Assembly (NCBI GenBank): GCA_963708675.1
Contig: CAVPTO010000003.1
Location: 3,595,477-3,659,476, forward strand
Source of the DNA: an uncultured Planctomycetota bacterium
Lineage (GTDB): Bacteria > Planctomycetota > Planctomycetia > Pirellulales > PNKZ01
DNA length: 64,000 bases
Reading direction: 5' to 3'
This document shows, one piece after another, positions 10,024 to 18,810 of this stretch. Each line of letters starts with the position of its first letter. The first letter of the stretch is position 1. Both the position numbers and the translations under genes were made by a program. The notes beneath the pieces are model-generated. The model was given only the letters and a program-made list of their open reading frames with translations, searched no databases and was not told where the DNA came from.

Positions 10024-10917
10024 CTACCGTAAATGGAGGTCAAAGAACGACGCCATCGCATCGACTGCGGCATTGAGCCACACATCGTTATTCAGAAACG
10101 AATGCGGCGCTTGCGGAATGATCGTCAGCCCCGTTGGAATGCCGAGCCGCATCAGGTCGCCACGCATGTCGTCGGCGTGAGTGCTCGGATGATCGAGCTC
10201 GCCGGTGATGAATGCCAGCGGTGTCTTGGAGCCACCGAGGTAATGGCGCGGCGAGGCGGCAGCGTAGCGGTTCGGCACGTCATCGAATGAACCTCCCAGA
10301 AACGTGCGATAGTACGGCTCATCGGGCTTGCGCGACCATTCAGCGATACGCGACGATTCCAGGTCGGACTGCGCACCCATCGCAACCGCCGCTTGTATCC
10401 AAGTGCTTTGCTCGCGATTGCCGCCGTCACCTTCAAGCTCGGTCGCGTTGGCGCTGGTGGCCAGCAACGCCGCCAGGTGTCCGCCTGCCGAAAGCCCCGT
10501 CGCGCCGATCGCTTGCGAGTCGACGCCGAATTCGTCGGCGTGAGCACGCAGCCATCGCACGGCCGCTTTGCAATCCTCAATCGCCGCCGGAAATTTCTTC
10601 TCGCCCGAGAGTCGATAACTGATCGCCGCCGCGACGAACCCGCGCTCCGCGAGCTTTCGCGCCAGCGGCGTCATCAGCGAGCGATCTCCCTTCACCCATC
10701 CTCCGCCGTGAATGCACACGATCGCCGGATGCCGCGCGGCACCGTCCTTTGGAACAAACAAGTCGAGCGCCACTTCGCGATCGCCATACTTCGCGAACGT
10801 TACATTCGCCCGATGCTCAACCTCTGCTTGCCTCTTCGCGGCGGGCGTTTGCGCCTGCACCATGACAGCCAACGCGATCGAAAATGCTGTGGCCAGCGAG
10901 AACGTCGGTAGATTCAT
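10024..10917 (-). CDS. Secreted alpha/beta hydrolase (BD-FAE/HSL-like esterase)
   Basis: Signal peptide, oxyanion motif HGGGW, nucleophile motif GLSAGGHL, and C-terminal GELD...APHSF. Confidence 0.88.
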   Translation of the reverse strand: MNLPTFSLATAFSIALAVMVQAQTPAAKRQAEVEHRANVTFAKYGDREVALDLFVPKDGAARHPAIVCIHGGGWVKGDRSLMTPLARKLAERGFVAAAISYRLSGEKKFPAAIEDCKAAVRWLRAHADEFGVDSQAIGATGLSAGGHLAALLATSANATELEGDGGNREQSTWIQAAVAMGAQSDLESSRIAEWSRKPDEPYYRTFLGGSFDDVPNRYAAASPRHYLGGSKTPLAFITGELDHPSTHADDMRGDLMRLGIPTGLTIIPQAPHSFLNNDVWLNAAVDAMASFFDLHLR

Positions 10918-11006
10918 ACGATGCGTGCGTGAGCTGAAGTCGTCGGCGTGAACGATGGATCATGTGTCGCCGCTGCCGGGAATTCAAGCGCCGCGTCCGA
11001 ATCGGG

Positions 11007-11531
11007 TCAATCGATGACGACGCCCGCAATCGCCACGATGACCATGACTGCCGAGATAACGGTTTTTGCAATCCAACCGATCAGTCGACCTTCGAAGGCC
11101 GCCGCTCCGACACGAAAACTGTGATCGAGCGGGCGGCGTTTCCAAAGTTCACCGCATATCGCCCCGAGCGCAGCACCTGCGGCGGCGCCGAGTGCCGTGC
11201 CGACAATCGGCACCGGAATGAGAACCGTACCGTAGAAGGCACCGAGGATCGATCCGATGATGGCCATCAGCGCTGCTCGGCGACTTCCGCCCAATTTCTG
11301 AGCCCCCCGCGCAGCCGTCAAGGTTTCCACGATCTCGCCGGCAATCGCCAGCATCGTCAGTCCGACGACCAGTGGCACGCTCAAATCCCAACGCAGATCG
11401 TCAGGCATCAGCCAGGCATAGATGATCGATGTGCCGACGATGATCCAGTTGCCCGGCAAGTTGAAAATGTTGAGTACGAACCCGCCGATCACCGCAGTCA
11501 CGTAGATCGCAATTTCCAGTGTGGTGGTCAC
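11007..11531 (-). CDS. DUF456 family membrane protein
   Basis: Hydrophobic 174 aa protein with LPGNWII, KLGGSRRA..AIIGSILG and GAAAGAALGAICGEL. Confidence 0.75.
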   Translation of the reverse strand: MTTTLEIAIYVTAVIGGFVLNIFNLPGNWIIVGTSIIYAWLMPDDLRWDLSVPLVVGLTMLAIAGEIVETLTAARGAQKLGGSRRAALMAIIGSILGAFYGTVLIPVPIVGTALGAAAGAALGAICGELWKRRPLDHSFRVGAAAFEGRLIGWIAKTVISAVMVIVAIAGVVID

Positions 11532-11586
11532 GTTCGTCGATTCCTTGTTGCTCTGGCGAAACGTAACCGATGCGAAGTCGAAATTC

Positions 11587-13179
11587 TCACTTCGCTTGCT
11601 CGGGATGCGTCTTCGCCCAGGCGCGATATTCGTCGAGCGTGTAGAACGTGTTATGGCGATAGAGCCGACCGCCTTCTTCGACGAGCTCGTTCGAGTTGAA
11701 CGTCCACGCGTCGCCGTTCTTGCGCATCAGTTCGGCAAGACGGCGGTCCATGTCGCTTTGAAGCACGGCATGGGCCGGATCGCCGACGAGGTTGTGCATC
11801 TGTGCCGGATCGTTCTTGTCGTCGAACAGCAGCCACGGCTCGTCCTCGAAACGCGCGTATGTGGCGTCGGCCGTGATGATGCCTCGCCACGGCTTGGCGA
11901 CCTGATCGCCAGGGTACGGCACGAAGATCTGTAGCAGCACGGCATCGGGCCCGTCGGTCGTTTCGCCTCGGGCAACGCGCGACAGATCGGCGCCTTGCAT
12001 GTTCGCTGGCACGGGTAGGCCGGCAAGCGCTAACAACGTCGGGGCCATATCGACGTGACTGAACAACGTGTCGACGACCGTGCCCTGCGGAATGCCCGCA
12101 GGCCAGCGGATGATTCCCGGCACGCGGGCTGACTCGTCGTGCGGCTTTCGCTTGCGGCGGAGGCCGTGCGAGTTGAGCATGTCGCCGTGATCGGACATGA
12201 AGAGCACGATCGTGTTTTTGTCGAACCCTTGCTCGTCGAGCGTCTTCATCAATCGGCCGACCTGATCGTCGAGGGCCGTGATGGCGGCGTAATAAGCGGC
12301 GATCTCTTCGAACGTGCCGGGTCGGATCTGTCGATTGAGCGCCGCGCGTTGCTTCGCCTTCGCGTTGGATTCGTCTCCGTCGGCCGTATCTTTCGCACGT
12401 TGCCAGTTCGCCGGCGGCGTGATGCGCTCGGGAATATACTGCCGCGTGTACTCATCCGGCGCGCCATACGGATCGTGCGGAGGCCCCATCTGCACCGTGA
12501 GAAAGAATGGCTGATCCTTCGGCTGCGATTGGAGAAACTCCACGGCGAAATCGCACGACGCTTCGGGTTCGAACTTGTGCGCCGTGATGACCTTCGGCGA
12601 GTCGCGAAAGTACGTCGGCTCGAAGTGCTTGTGATGACACTCGTAAGCGGCCCAAAACTCGAAGCCTTGTCGTCGCGGCCCCGGCGGAACGAACCCGGGA
12701 TCGCGAGGCCCGCCATCGAGGTGCCACTTGCCGACGAAGCCCGTGCGATAGCCCGCTTCGCGCAAGATTTCGGCCAGCGTGACCGTCTCCTCGCGCAGTC
12801 GCAGATCGTTGGCGATCATGCCGTTGACGTGTGGATATGTGCCCGTGAGCAGAATCGCCCGCGCGGGACAGCAGACCGGCGTGTTCGCATACGTGCGGCG
12901 AAAGCGCATCCCCTCGGCCGCGAGCCGATCAATGTTCGGTGTCTTCACGTCAACGTTGCCATCGCAGTGCATCGCGCTGCCGCGCATTTGATCGGGCAGG
13001 ATCAGCAGAATGTTCGGCCTGGCAGCGGCGGCCGCATCACTCGCAATCAGAACGAGCAAAGCGACAATCGCGAAGCCCCTGTAGGGAACGCCCTCTGTGG
13101 CGTTCCGTGAGGCGGCGTGGAACGCAATCACTGACTTCGCGGAACGCCACGGAGGGCGTTCCCTACAGGTTGAGAGCAT
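11587..13179 (-). CDS. Formylglycine-dependent (S1) sulfatase; REPIN inserted in frame in the N-terminus
   Basis: RPNILLILPDQ, catalytic CCPAR.LLTG, GKWHL and SDHG. ATG at 13179 rather than the track start at 13386. Confidence 0.92.
   Translation of the reverse strand: MLSTCRERPPWRSAKSVIAFHAASRNATEGVPYRGFAIVALLVLIASDAAAAARPNILLILPDQMRGSAMHCDGNVDVKTPNIDRLAAEGMRFRRTYANTPVCCPARAILLTGTYPHVNGMIANDLRLREETVTLAEILREAGYRTGFVGKWHLDGGPRDPGFVPPGPRRQGFEFWAAYECHHKHFEPTYFRDSPKVITAHKFEPEASCDFAVEFLQSQPKDQPFFLTVQMGPPHDPYGAPDEYTRQYIPERITPPANWQRAKDTADGDESNAKAKQRAALNRQIRPGTFEEIAAYYAAITALDDQVGRLMKTLDEQGFDKNTIVLFMSDHGDMLNSHGLRRKRKPHDESARVPGIIRWPAGIPQGTVVDTLFSHVDMAPTLLALAGLPVPANMQGADLSRVARGETTDGPDAVLLQIFVPYPGDQVAKPWRGIITADATYARFEDEPWLLFDDKNDPAQMHNLVGDPAHAVLQSDMDRRLAELMRKNGDAWTFNSNELVEEGGRLYRHNTFYTLDEYRAWAKTHPEQAK
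13079..13168. repeat. GTAG-tagged REPIN (CTGTAG-GGAACGCC-CTCYGT-GGCGTTCC inverted pair), copy 1
   Basis: Two inverted 28-nt REPs, the same as those at 31286..31374. Confidence 0.92.
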
Positions 13180-13844
13180 CGGTCGCTGGGCGGCGCGAGA
13201 ACGCCGTGAAGAATGATTTCGATCAAGGCGGTGGTCTGCTCGTCGATCGTGGTTTTGCGACCGACGAAACGGTTCGTGAACATCGTACCGTAGAGCAGGC
13301 CACTGACGGTGTCGAGCATCCCTTCGACCGGAATGTCGCTGCGGAACCGACCTTCGCCGACCATGCGCGTGTACAGCTCGCGCCACGGTGCGCGGTTGGC
13401 GTCGCGGTGCTCGAAGTAGATCGAACGCTTGCTGTCGCGGAAGATCGCACGTTCTTGAATCTGTAGCTCGACGTAGTGCGGGTTCTCGTCGAAGAACGCG
13501 AGATACGCCCGAATGCCGCGCCGCATGCGTTCGAGTGGATCGTCAGTCGCCTCGGCCGCCGCGCGAACGTGGCATTGCATCTGTGACATGCCGAGGTCGA
13601 CGCAGGCGAAGAACAGCTCCTGCTTGCCTGGGAAGTACAGGTACAGCGTCCCTTTGGCGACGCCGACCTCGGCCGCGACGCTGTCCATTTCGCAGTCGTT
13701 GTACCCCTTCTCGGCAAACAGCCGGGCCGCCGCCTCGATGATCGCCCGATGACGCACCGCTCGGCGATCTTCTTTGGGGCAGCCGTCCTTCGGGCGGTTG
13801 TCCTCAACGAGTACTTCCTTAGCAGCAGCAGTCTTCGTTTTCAT
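13128..13844 (-). CDS. TetR/AcrR family transcriptional regulator
   Basis: HTH region IIEAAARLFAEKGY...VAAEVGVAKGTLYLYFPGKQELF. Divergent from the efflux operon. The stop codon lies inside the REPIN. Confidence 0.93.
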   Translation of the reverse strand: MKTKTAAAKEVLVEDNRPKDGCPKEDRRAVRHRAIIEAAARLFAEKGYNDCEMDSVAAEVGVAKGTLYLYFPGKQELFFACVDLGMSQMQCHVRAAAEATDDPLERMRRGIRAYLAFFDENPHYVELQIQERAIFRDSKRSIYFEHRDANRAPWRELYTRMVGEGRFRSDIPVEGMLDTVSGLLYGTMFTNRFVGRKTTIDEQTTALIEIILHGVLAPPSDRCSQPVGNALRGVPRSQ

Positions 13845-13955
13845 GATTCGAGAGCCGACATGCGAACCGCCGGCGGGTGACAACTGTCTGTCTCGGCATC
13901 CCGCGGAGGGGGCATTGAAATCGTGACAATTCGCACAATAATCGAGCAATTGGCG

Positions 13956-13985
13956 CTGACTGACCGGTCAGTCATTAAGTATAAC
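13956..13985 (+). promoter_or_regulatory. Putative sigma70 promoter (-35 CTGACT, -10 TATAAC) for the efflux operon
   Basis: Near-consensus -10 at 13980..13985 with 18-nt spacing. It overlaps the operator. Confidence 0.45.
13957..13974. promoter_or_regulatory. Perfect 18-bp palindrome TGACTGACCGGTCAGTCA, probable TetR operator
   Basis: Exact inverted repeat in the tetR/MFP divergent intergenic region, 5 nt upstream of TATAAC. Confidence 0.8.
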
Positions 13986-14019
13986 GGTTTTGGGGCTCGC
14001 ATCAACCGCGGATTCGTGC

Positions 14020-15213
14020 ATGCACGCCAAAAGTAACTCCCGACTCCTCGCCCGGCCAATTCTCTGGTTCGGTTGCGCCAGCGTTGTGGTCCTTGCCGTC
14101 ATCGCCGGCTGCCATCGACCCGAGCCGAAGGCCGTCGTCACCAAGCCGCCCGATGTTTTGGTTTCTTATCCGACCGAAGAAACCATTACCGAGTATGAGG
14201 AGTTCACTGGTCGCACGATGGCGATCTCGACCGTCGAGATTCGCGCGCGCGTGAGTGGCTATCTCGATCGAAACTTTTTCGTCGACGGCGCCGACGTGAA
14301 GGCGGGCGAGCCGTTGTTTCAAATTGATCCGCGTCCGTTCCAGGCCGAGGTCGATCGCGCTGCGGCGGCGGTCGCGCAAGCAGAATCGCGCTTGGTGCGG
14401 CTCGAACGTCAGGAAGAACGCGCTCGTAAGTTGCGTGGCACCGGCGCCGTGACGGAAGAAGGTTACGACCTCGCTCGCTTCGATCGCGATGAGGCGCATG
14501 CCGCGCTGCTGGCGGCTCGAGCGATGGCCGAGACGGCGAACCTGAACCTGGGCTTCACGCACATCAACTCGCCGATCACCGGTCGCATCAGCCGTCGGCT
14601 TGTCGACCCCGGCAATTTGATTCAGGCCGACACGACGCCGCTGGCGAATATCGTCACGCAGGATCCGATCTACGGGTACTTCGACTTCGATGAACGCACG
14701 GCACTCCGCTTGCGCCGCATGATCATTGACGAAAAGCTGCCGGACATGAAGCACGCGCACTTGGACGTGAAGTTCTCGCTGGCCGATCAAGACAAGTTCA
14801 CGATTCCTGGCACGATCGATTTTCTCGACAACCAGGTCGACTCGGCAACCGGAACGCTGCGCGTGCGTGCCGTGATCAACAATAAGGACAACCTTCTGTC
14901 GCCGGGATTGTTCGTGCGTGTGCAAGTGCCGGTGAGCCAACCGCACGCCGCCATTCTTGTGCGTGAAGAAGCGCTGGGGACCGATCAGGGGCAACGTTAC
15001 GTGTACGTCGTCGATGATAAGGATGAAATCTCCTATCGGCGCGTGAAGGCTGGCTTTCTCAACGAGGGACGCCGGGTGATTGAGTCGGGTCTGAAGACGA
15101 CCGATCGCGTGGTGGTGCGTGGCCTGCAGCGCGTGCGTCCCGGCGTGAAGGTGGTTCCGAAGCCTGCCGACAGCAGCAGCGATTTGGCCGCAACGCCTGC
15201 GAATCGCGGGTAA
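14020..15213 (+). CDS. RND efflux periplasmic adaptor (MFP, AcrA/MdtA-like)
   Basis: VEIRARVSGYL, I.SPITGRISRRLVDPGNL, IDFLDNQVDSATGT and LLSPGLFVRV. Confidence 0.93.
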   Translation: MHAKSNSRLLARPILWFGCASVVVLAVIAGCHRPEPKAVVTKPPDVLVSYPTEETITEYEEFTGRTMAISTVEIRARVSGYLDRNFFVDGADVKAGEPLFQIDPRPFQAEVDRAAAAVAQAESRLVRLERQEERARKLRGTGAVTEEGYDLARFDRDEAHAALLAARAMAETANLNLGFTHINSPITGRISRRLVDPGNLIQADTTPLANIVTQDPIYGYFDFDERTALRLRRMIIDEKLPDMKHAHLDVKFSLADQDKFTIPGTIDFLDNQVDSATGTLRVRAVINNKDNLLSPGLFVRVQVPVSQPHAAILVREEALGTDQGQRYVYVVDDKDEISYRRVKAGFLNEGRRVIESGLKTTDRVVVRGLQRVRPGVKVVPKPADSSSDLAATPANRG

Positions 15214-15235
15214 AGGCCTCAGGCGGCGTCCTCCT

Positions 15236-18200
15236 ATGTTCGCGCGATTCTTCATCGATCGACCGATCTTCGCCAGCGTGCTGTCGATCTTGATCACGCT
15301 CGCTGGCGCGATCGCGGTCTTCACGCTGCCCATCGCGCAGTATCCGGCCGTCGCGCCGCCGACGGTGCAAATCGACTGCAACTACCCAGGCGCAAGCGCT
15401 CAGGTGGTCGCATCGACCGTGGCCTCGCCGATCGAGCAGCAGGTGAACGGTGTCGAGCGAATGCTCTACATGTCGAGCCAAAGCACCAGCGACGGCTCGT
15501 ACACGCTGACCGTGACGTTCGAGCCGGGCGTCGATTTGGACGTCGCGCAGGTGCTGGTGCAAAACCGCGTCAGCCTGGCGATGCCGCTGCTGCCCGACGT
15601 CGTGCGTGCGACCGGCATCACGATGCGCAAACGCTCGCCCGATATTTTGATGACGGTCAGCCTGAGCTCGCCCGACGACCGCTACGACCAGTTGTATCTC
15701 AGCAACTACGCGGTGCTCCATTGCAAAGACGAGTTGGCTCGCCTCAAGGGCATCAGCGAAGTGCTCGTCTTTGGCCAGCGCGACTACAGCATGCGCGTGT
15801 GGCTCGACCCCGATAAGCTCGCCATGCGCAACTTGTCGGTCGCCGACGTCATCAACGCTATTCGCGAGCAAAACCTGCAAGTCGCTGCGGGCCAAATCGG
15901 TCAGCCGCCCGGCGAGGCTGGCCAAGTGCTGCAAGTGCCGATGACCACGCTCGGCCGCCTGACGGATGTCGATCAGTTCGAAAACATTATCGTCCACGCG
16001 ACACACGCCGGTCAGGTGATTCGCATCAAGGACGTCGGCCGTGTCAATCTCGGCGCGCGCAGCGAAGACGTCAGCAACCGGTTCGACGGCAAGCCGACCG
16101 TCGGTCTCGCGGTGTTCATCTTGTCGGATGCCAACTCGCTCGACACCGCCGACGCAGTGAAGTCGATGATGAAGGAGCTGTCGAAAGATTTTCCCGAGGG
16201 GATGATTTATCAGACCGGCTACGACACGACGCCGTTCATTCGCGAAAGCGTGAACGAGGTGTTCAAGGCCCTCGGCGACGCGATTTTGCTGGTGTCGCTG
16301 GTGGTGTTGGTCTTCTTGCAAGGTTGGCGCGCGGCGATCATTCCGCTCATCGCGGTGCCGGTGGCGATCATTGGCACGTTCGCCGCGATGGCGGTCGTCG
16401 GTTTCAGCATCAACAACCTGACGTTGTTCGGCCTCGTGCTCGCCATCGGCATCGTCGTCGACGACGCGATCGTGGTGGTCGAAGCGGTCGAGCATCACAT
16501 CGAAAACGGCCTCAAGCCGCGTGAGGCCGCGATCGCGGCGATGCAGCAAGTCGCGGGCCCCGTGATCGCCGTCGGCTTGGTGCTCAGCGCGGTGTTCATC
16601 CCATGCGCGTTCATCACTGGCGTCGTCGGCGAGTTCTTCCGGCAGTTCGCCCTCACGATTGCCGTGTCGACGATTTTGTCGATGTTCAACTCGCTCACGC
16701 TCAGCCCGGCGCTTGCGGCGTTGTTGCTCAAGCCTCGCGATCAGAAGCCCGACCTGCTCACACGGGTCATTGATTTCACGCTCGGTTGGTTCTTCCGGCT
16801 GTTCAATTACACCTTCAAGCGATCGACCGACTTCTATGTCGGCATGGTGTCGCGGATGTTGCGAATGTCGGCCGGCGTGCTCGTTGTCTATGGCGGACTG
16901 TTGGCCCTCACGTATTGGGGCTTCTTGCAGTTGCCGACAGGTTTTATTCCGTCGCAAGACAAGGGCTATTTCATCGCCAGCGTGCAGTTGCCCGACGCGA
17001 CGGCCGCCGAACGCACGAGCGAAATCATGGCGCGCATCGAACGCATCGCTATGGAGACGCCCGGCGTCAAGAACGTGAACTCCGTGGCAGGCAACTCGTT
17101 CATGCTGTCGGCCTACGGCTCGAACTTTGGTTCGATGTTCATCATTCTCAAAGACTTCGCCGATCGAAAATCGCCCGAGATGAAGGGGGACGCCATCCTT
17201 GCCGCGATGCGAAAGCGGTACGCCAACGAAGTGCCCGAAGCGCTCGTGAACGTTTTCCCGCCGCCTGCCGTGTCGGGTCTCGGACGTTCGGGCGGTTTCA
17301 AGATCATGGTCGAAGACCGCGGCGACAACGGCCTCGACATCCTGCAAGGACAGACCGACAACCTGATCGAACAGGCGAACTTGCAGCCCGAACTGAGCGG
17401 GTTGTTCACGGTCTTCAACGCCAATTCGCCACAACTGTTCATCGATATCGACCGCACCGAGTGCATGACGCAAGGCATTAACCTCGGCGACGTGTTCAGC
17501 ACGTTGCAGGGCTACCTGGGTTCGCGGTATGTGAACGACTTCAATCGCTTTGGCCGCACGTGGCAGGTGGTGGTGCAGGCCGACTCGCAGTTTCGCGACC
17601 AGATCGAAGACGTTCGCAAGCTGCGCGTCCACAACTCGCGCGGGGGCATGGTGCCGCTCGGCTCGTTGGCGACGGTGCGGCAAGTCAGTGGGCCGCTCGT
17701 ACTCACGCGCTACAACATGTATCCCGCGGCCTCCATTCAAGGCAATGTCGCCAACGGCATCAGCACGGGGCAGGGCATCGCGGTGATGGAAAAGCTCGCG
17801 AAGCTGGAACTCCCTTCGTCGATGGCGGCCGAGTGGACCGAGATCACGTTCATCGAGCAGATGTCGCAAAACACCGGCATGATGGTGTTCGGCCTGTCGG
17901 TGGTGTTCGTGTTTCTTGTGCTCGCGGCGCTCTACGAAAGTTGGTCGCTGCCGCTGGCGGTGATTCTCGTCGTGCCGATGTGCGTGCTCAGCTCAATCGC
18001 CGGCGTGGCGTATGCCGACATGGACATCAACGTCTTCACGCAGATCGGGTTCATTGTGCTCATCGGCCTGGCGAGCAAAAACGCGATCCTCATCGTCGAG
18101 TTCGCCAAGATGAAGCACGACGCCGGCGCCAGCCGCCGCGAGGCGACGCTCGAAGCGTGTACGTTGCGATTGCGGCCGATCATGATGACGTCGTTCGCGT

Positions 18201-18637
18201 TTATTCTTGGCGTCGTGCCGCTGCTGTTTGCCGAAGGTGCAGGCGCTGAAATGCGTCGCACGCTGGGGACCGCGGTGTTTAGCGGAATGTTGGGTGTGAC
18301 GCTGTTCGGCATCTTCCTGACACCCGTGTTCTTCTTCGTCATTGAGTCGGTGGCTGAAGCTCGCGCTCACTCGAAGAGTTTCGCCACGCGCGCCTCGTCG
18401 GTCGTTCTCGACGTGATCAGCCTCGGCTTCGCGCGACGTGGCGTGATGCGCGGCTTGGCGAGCATGGCGTATGCGATGCGTCGGCCGTTCCGTTCGCGCA
18501 AACCTCCCATCGTTCATTCTCCCGCCGCTCGCGACGAGCGTTTGAACCCGCTGCCGCGCATGAGCGACAGCGGCCATCATCTCGACCTTTCCACGCGCGG
18601 CGGCCCCGGCCCTTCGCACTCGAAACGCCACGGCTAA
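15236..18637 (+). CDS. HAE1 RND efflux permease, subunit 1 (long C-terminal tail)
   Basis: FFIDRPIFASVLS, GIVVDDAIVVVE, ASKNAILIVEF and LRLRPIMMTS. Confidence 0.95.
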   Translation: MFARFFIDRPIFASVLSILITLAGAIAVFTLPIAQYPAVAPPTVQIDCNYPGASAQVVASTVASPIEQQVNGVERMLYMSSQSTSDGSYTLTVTFEPGVDLDVAQVLVQNRVSLAMPLLPDVVRATGITMRKRSPDILMTVSLSSPDDRYDQLYLSNYAVLHCKDELARLKGISEVLVFGQRDYSMRVWLDPDKLAMRNLSVADVINAIREQNLQVAAGQIGQPPGEAGQVLQVPMTTLGRLTDVDQFENIIVHATHAGQVIRIKDVGRVNLGARSEDVSNRFDGKPTVGLAVFILSDANSLDTADAVKSMMKELSKDFPEGMIYQTGYDTTPFIRESVNEVFKALGDAILLVSLVVLVFLQGWRAAIIPLIAVPVAIIGTFAAMAVVGFSINNLTLFGLVLAIGIVVDDAIVVVEAVEHHIENGLKPREAAIAAMQQVAGPVIAVGLVLSAVFIPCAFITGVVGEFFRQFALTIAVSTILSMFNSLTLSPALAALLLKPRDQKPDLLTRVIDFTLGWFFRLFNYTFKRSTDFYVGMVSRMLRMSAGVLVVYGGLLALTYWGFLQLPTGFIPSQDKGYFIASVQLPDATAAERTSEIMARIERIAMETPGVKNVNSVAGNSFMLSAYGSNFGSMFIILKDFADRKSPEMKGDAILAAMRKRYANEVPEALVNVFPPPAVSGLGRSGGFKIMVEDRGDNGLDILQGQTDNLIEQANLQPELSGLFTVFNANSPQLFIDIDRTECMTQGINLGDVFSTLQGYLGSRYVNDFNRFGRTWQVVVQADSQFRDQIEDVRKLRVHNSRGGMVPLGSLATVRQVSGPLVLTRYNMYPAASIQGNVANGISTGQGIAVMEKLAKLELPSSMAAEWTEITFIEQMSQNTGMMVFGLSVVFVFLVLAALYESWSLPLAVILVVPMCVLSSIAGVAYADMDINVFTQIGFIVLIGLASKNAILIVEFAKMKHDAGASRREATLEACTLRLRPIMMTSFAFILGVVPLLFAEGAGAEMRRTLGTAVFSGMLGVTLFGIFLTPVFFFVIESVAEARAHSKSFATRASSVVLDVISLGFARRGVMRGLASMAYAMRRPFRSRKPPIVHSPAARDERLNPLPRMSDSGHHLDLSTRGGPGPSHSKRHG

Positions 18638-18698
18638 TCACCACATTCATGAATACCACGTTGTTGATCGGACGCATTCGTTTAGCCGGCATCGCTCA

Positions 18699-18750
18699 CT
18701 TAGCCGCCGCGTCCACGCGGCGGATCCGGGTTGTGGACAACCCGGCTAAG
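18699..18750. repeat. CTTAG-tagged REP doublet (minimal non-autonomous element) between the two RND genes
   Basis: CTTAG-CCGCCGCG-TCCA-CGCGGCGG-AT-CCGGGTTG-TGGA-CAACCCGG-CTAAG, the same architecture as the RAYT-flanking REPs. Confidence 0.85.
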
Positions 18751-18810
18751 CGGTTTTGAAACACACTCGAAACGTTCGATCGGCAATCTGAAATCCACTA
18801 GCAACCCACC

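Noticed and set aside
13180-13386. ORF-track N-terminal extension of the sulfatase
   Set aside because: It overlaps tetR on the same strand. ATG 13179 gives a more plausible start.
18417-18692. 91-aa minus-strand ORF between the RND genes
   Set aside because: It is mostly antisense to the RND1 3' end, with no motif or clear SD.
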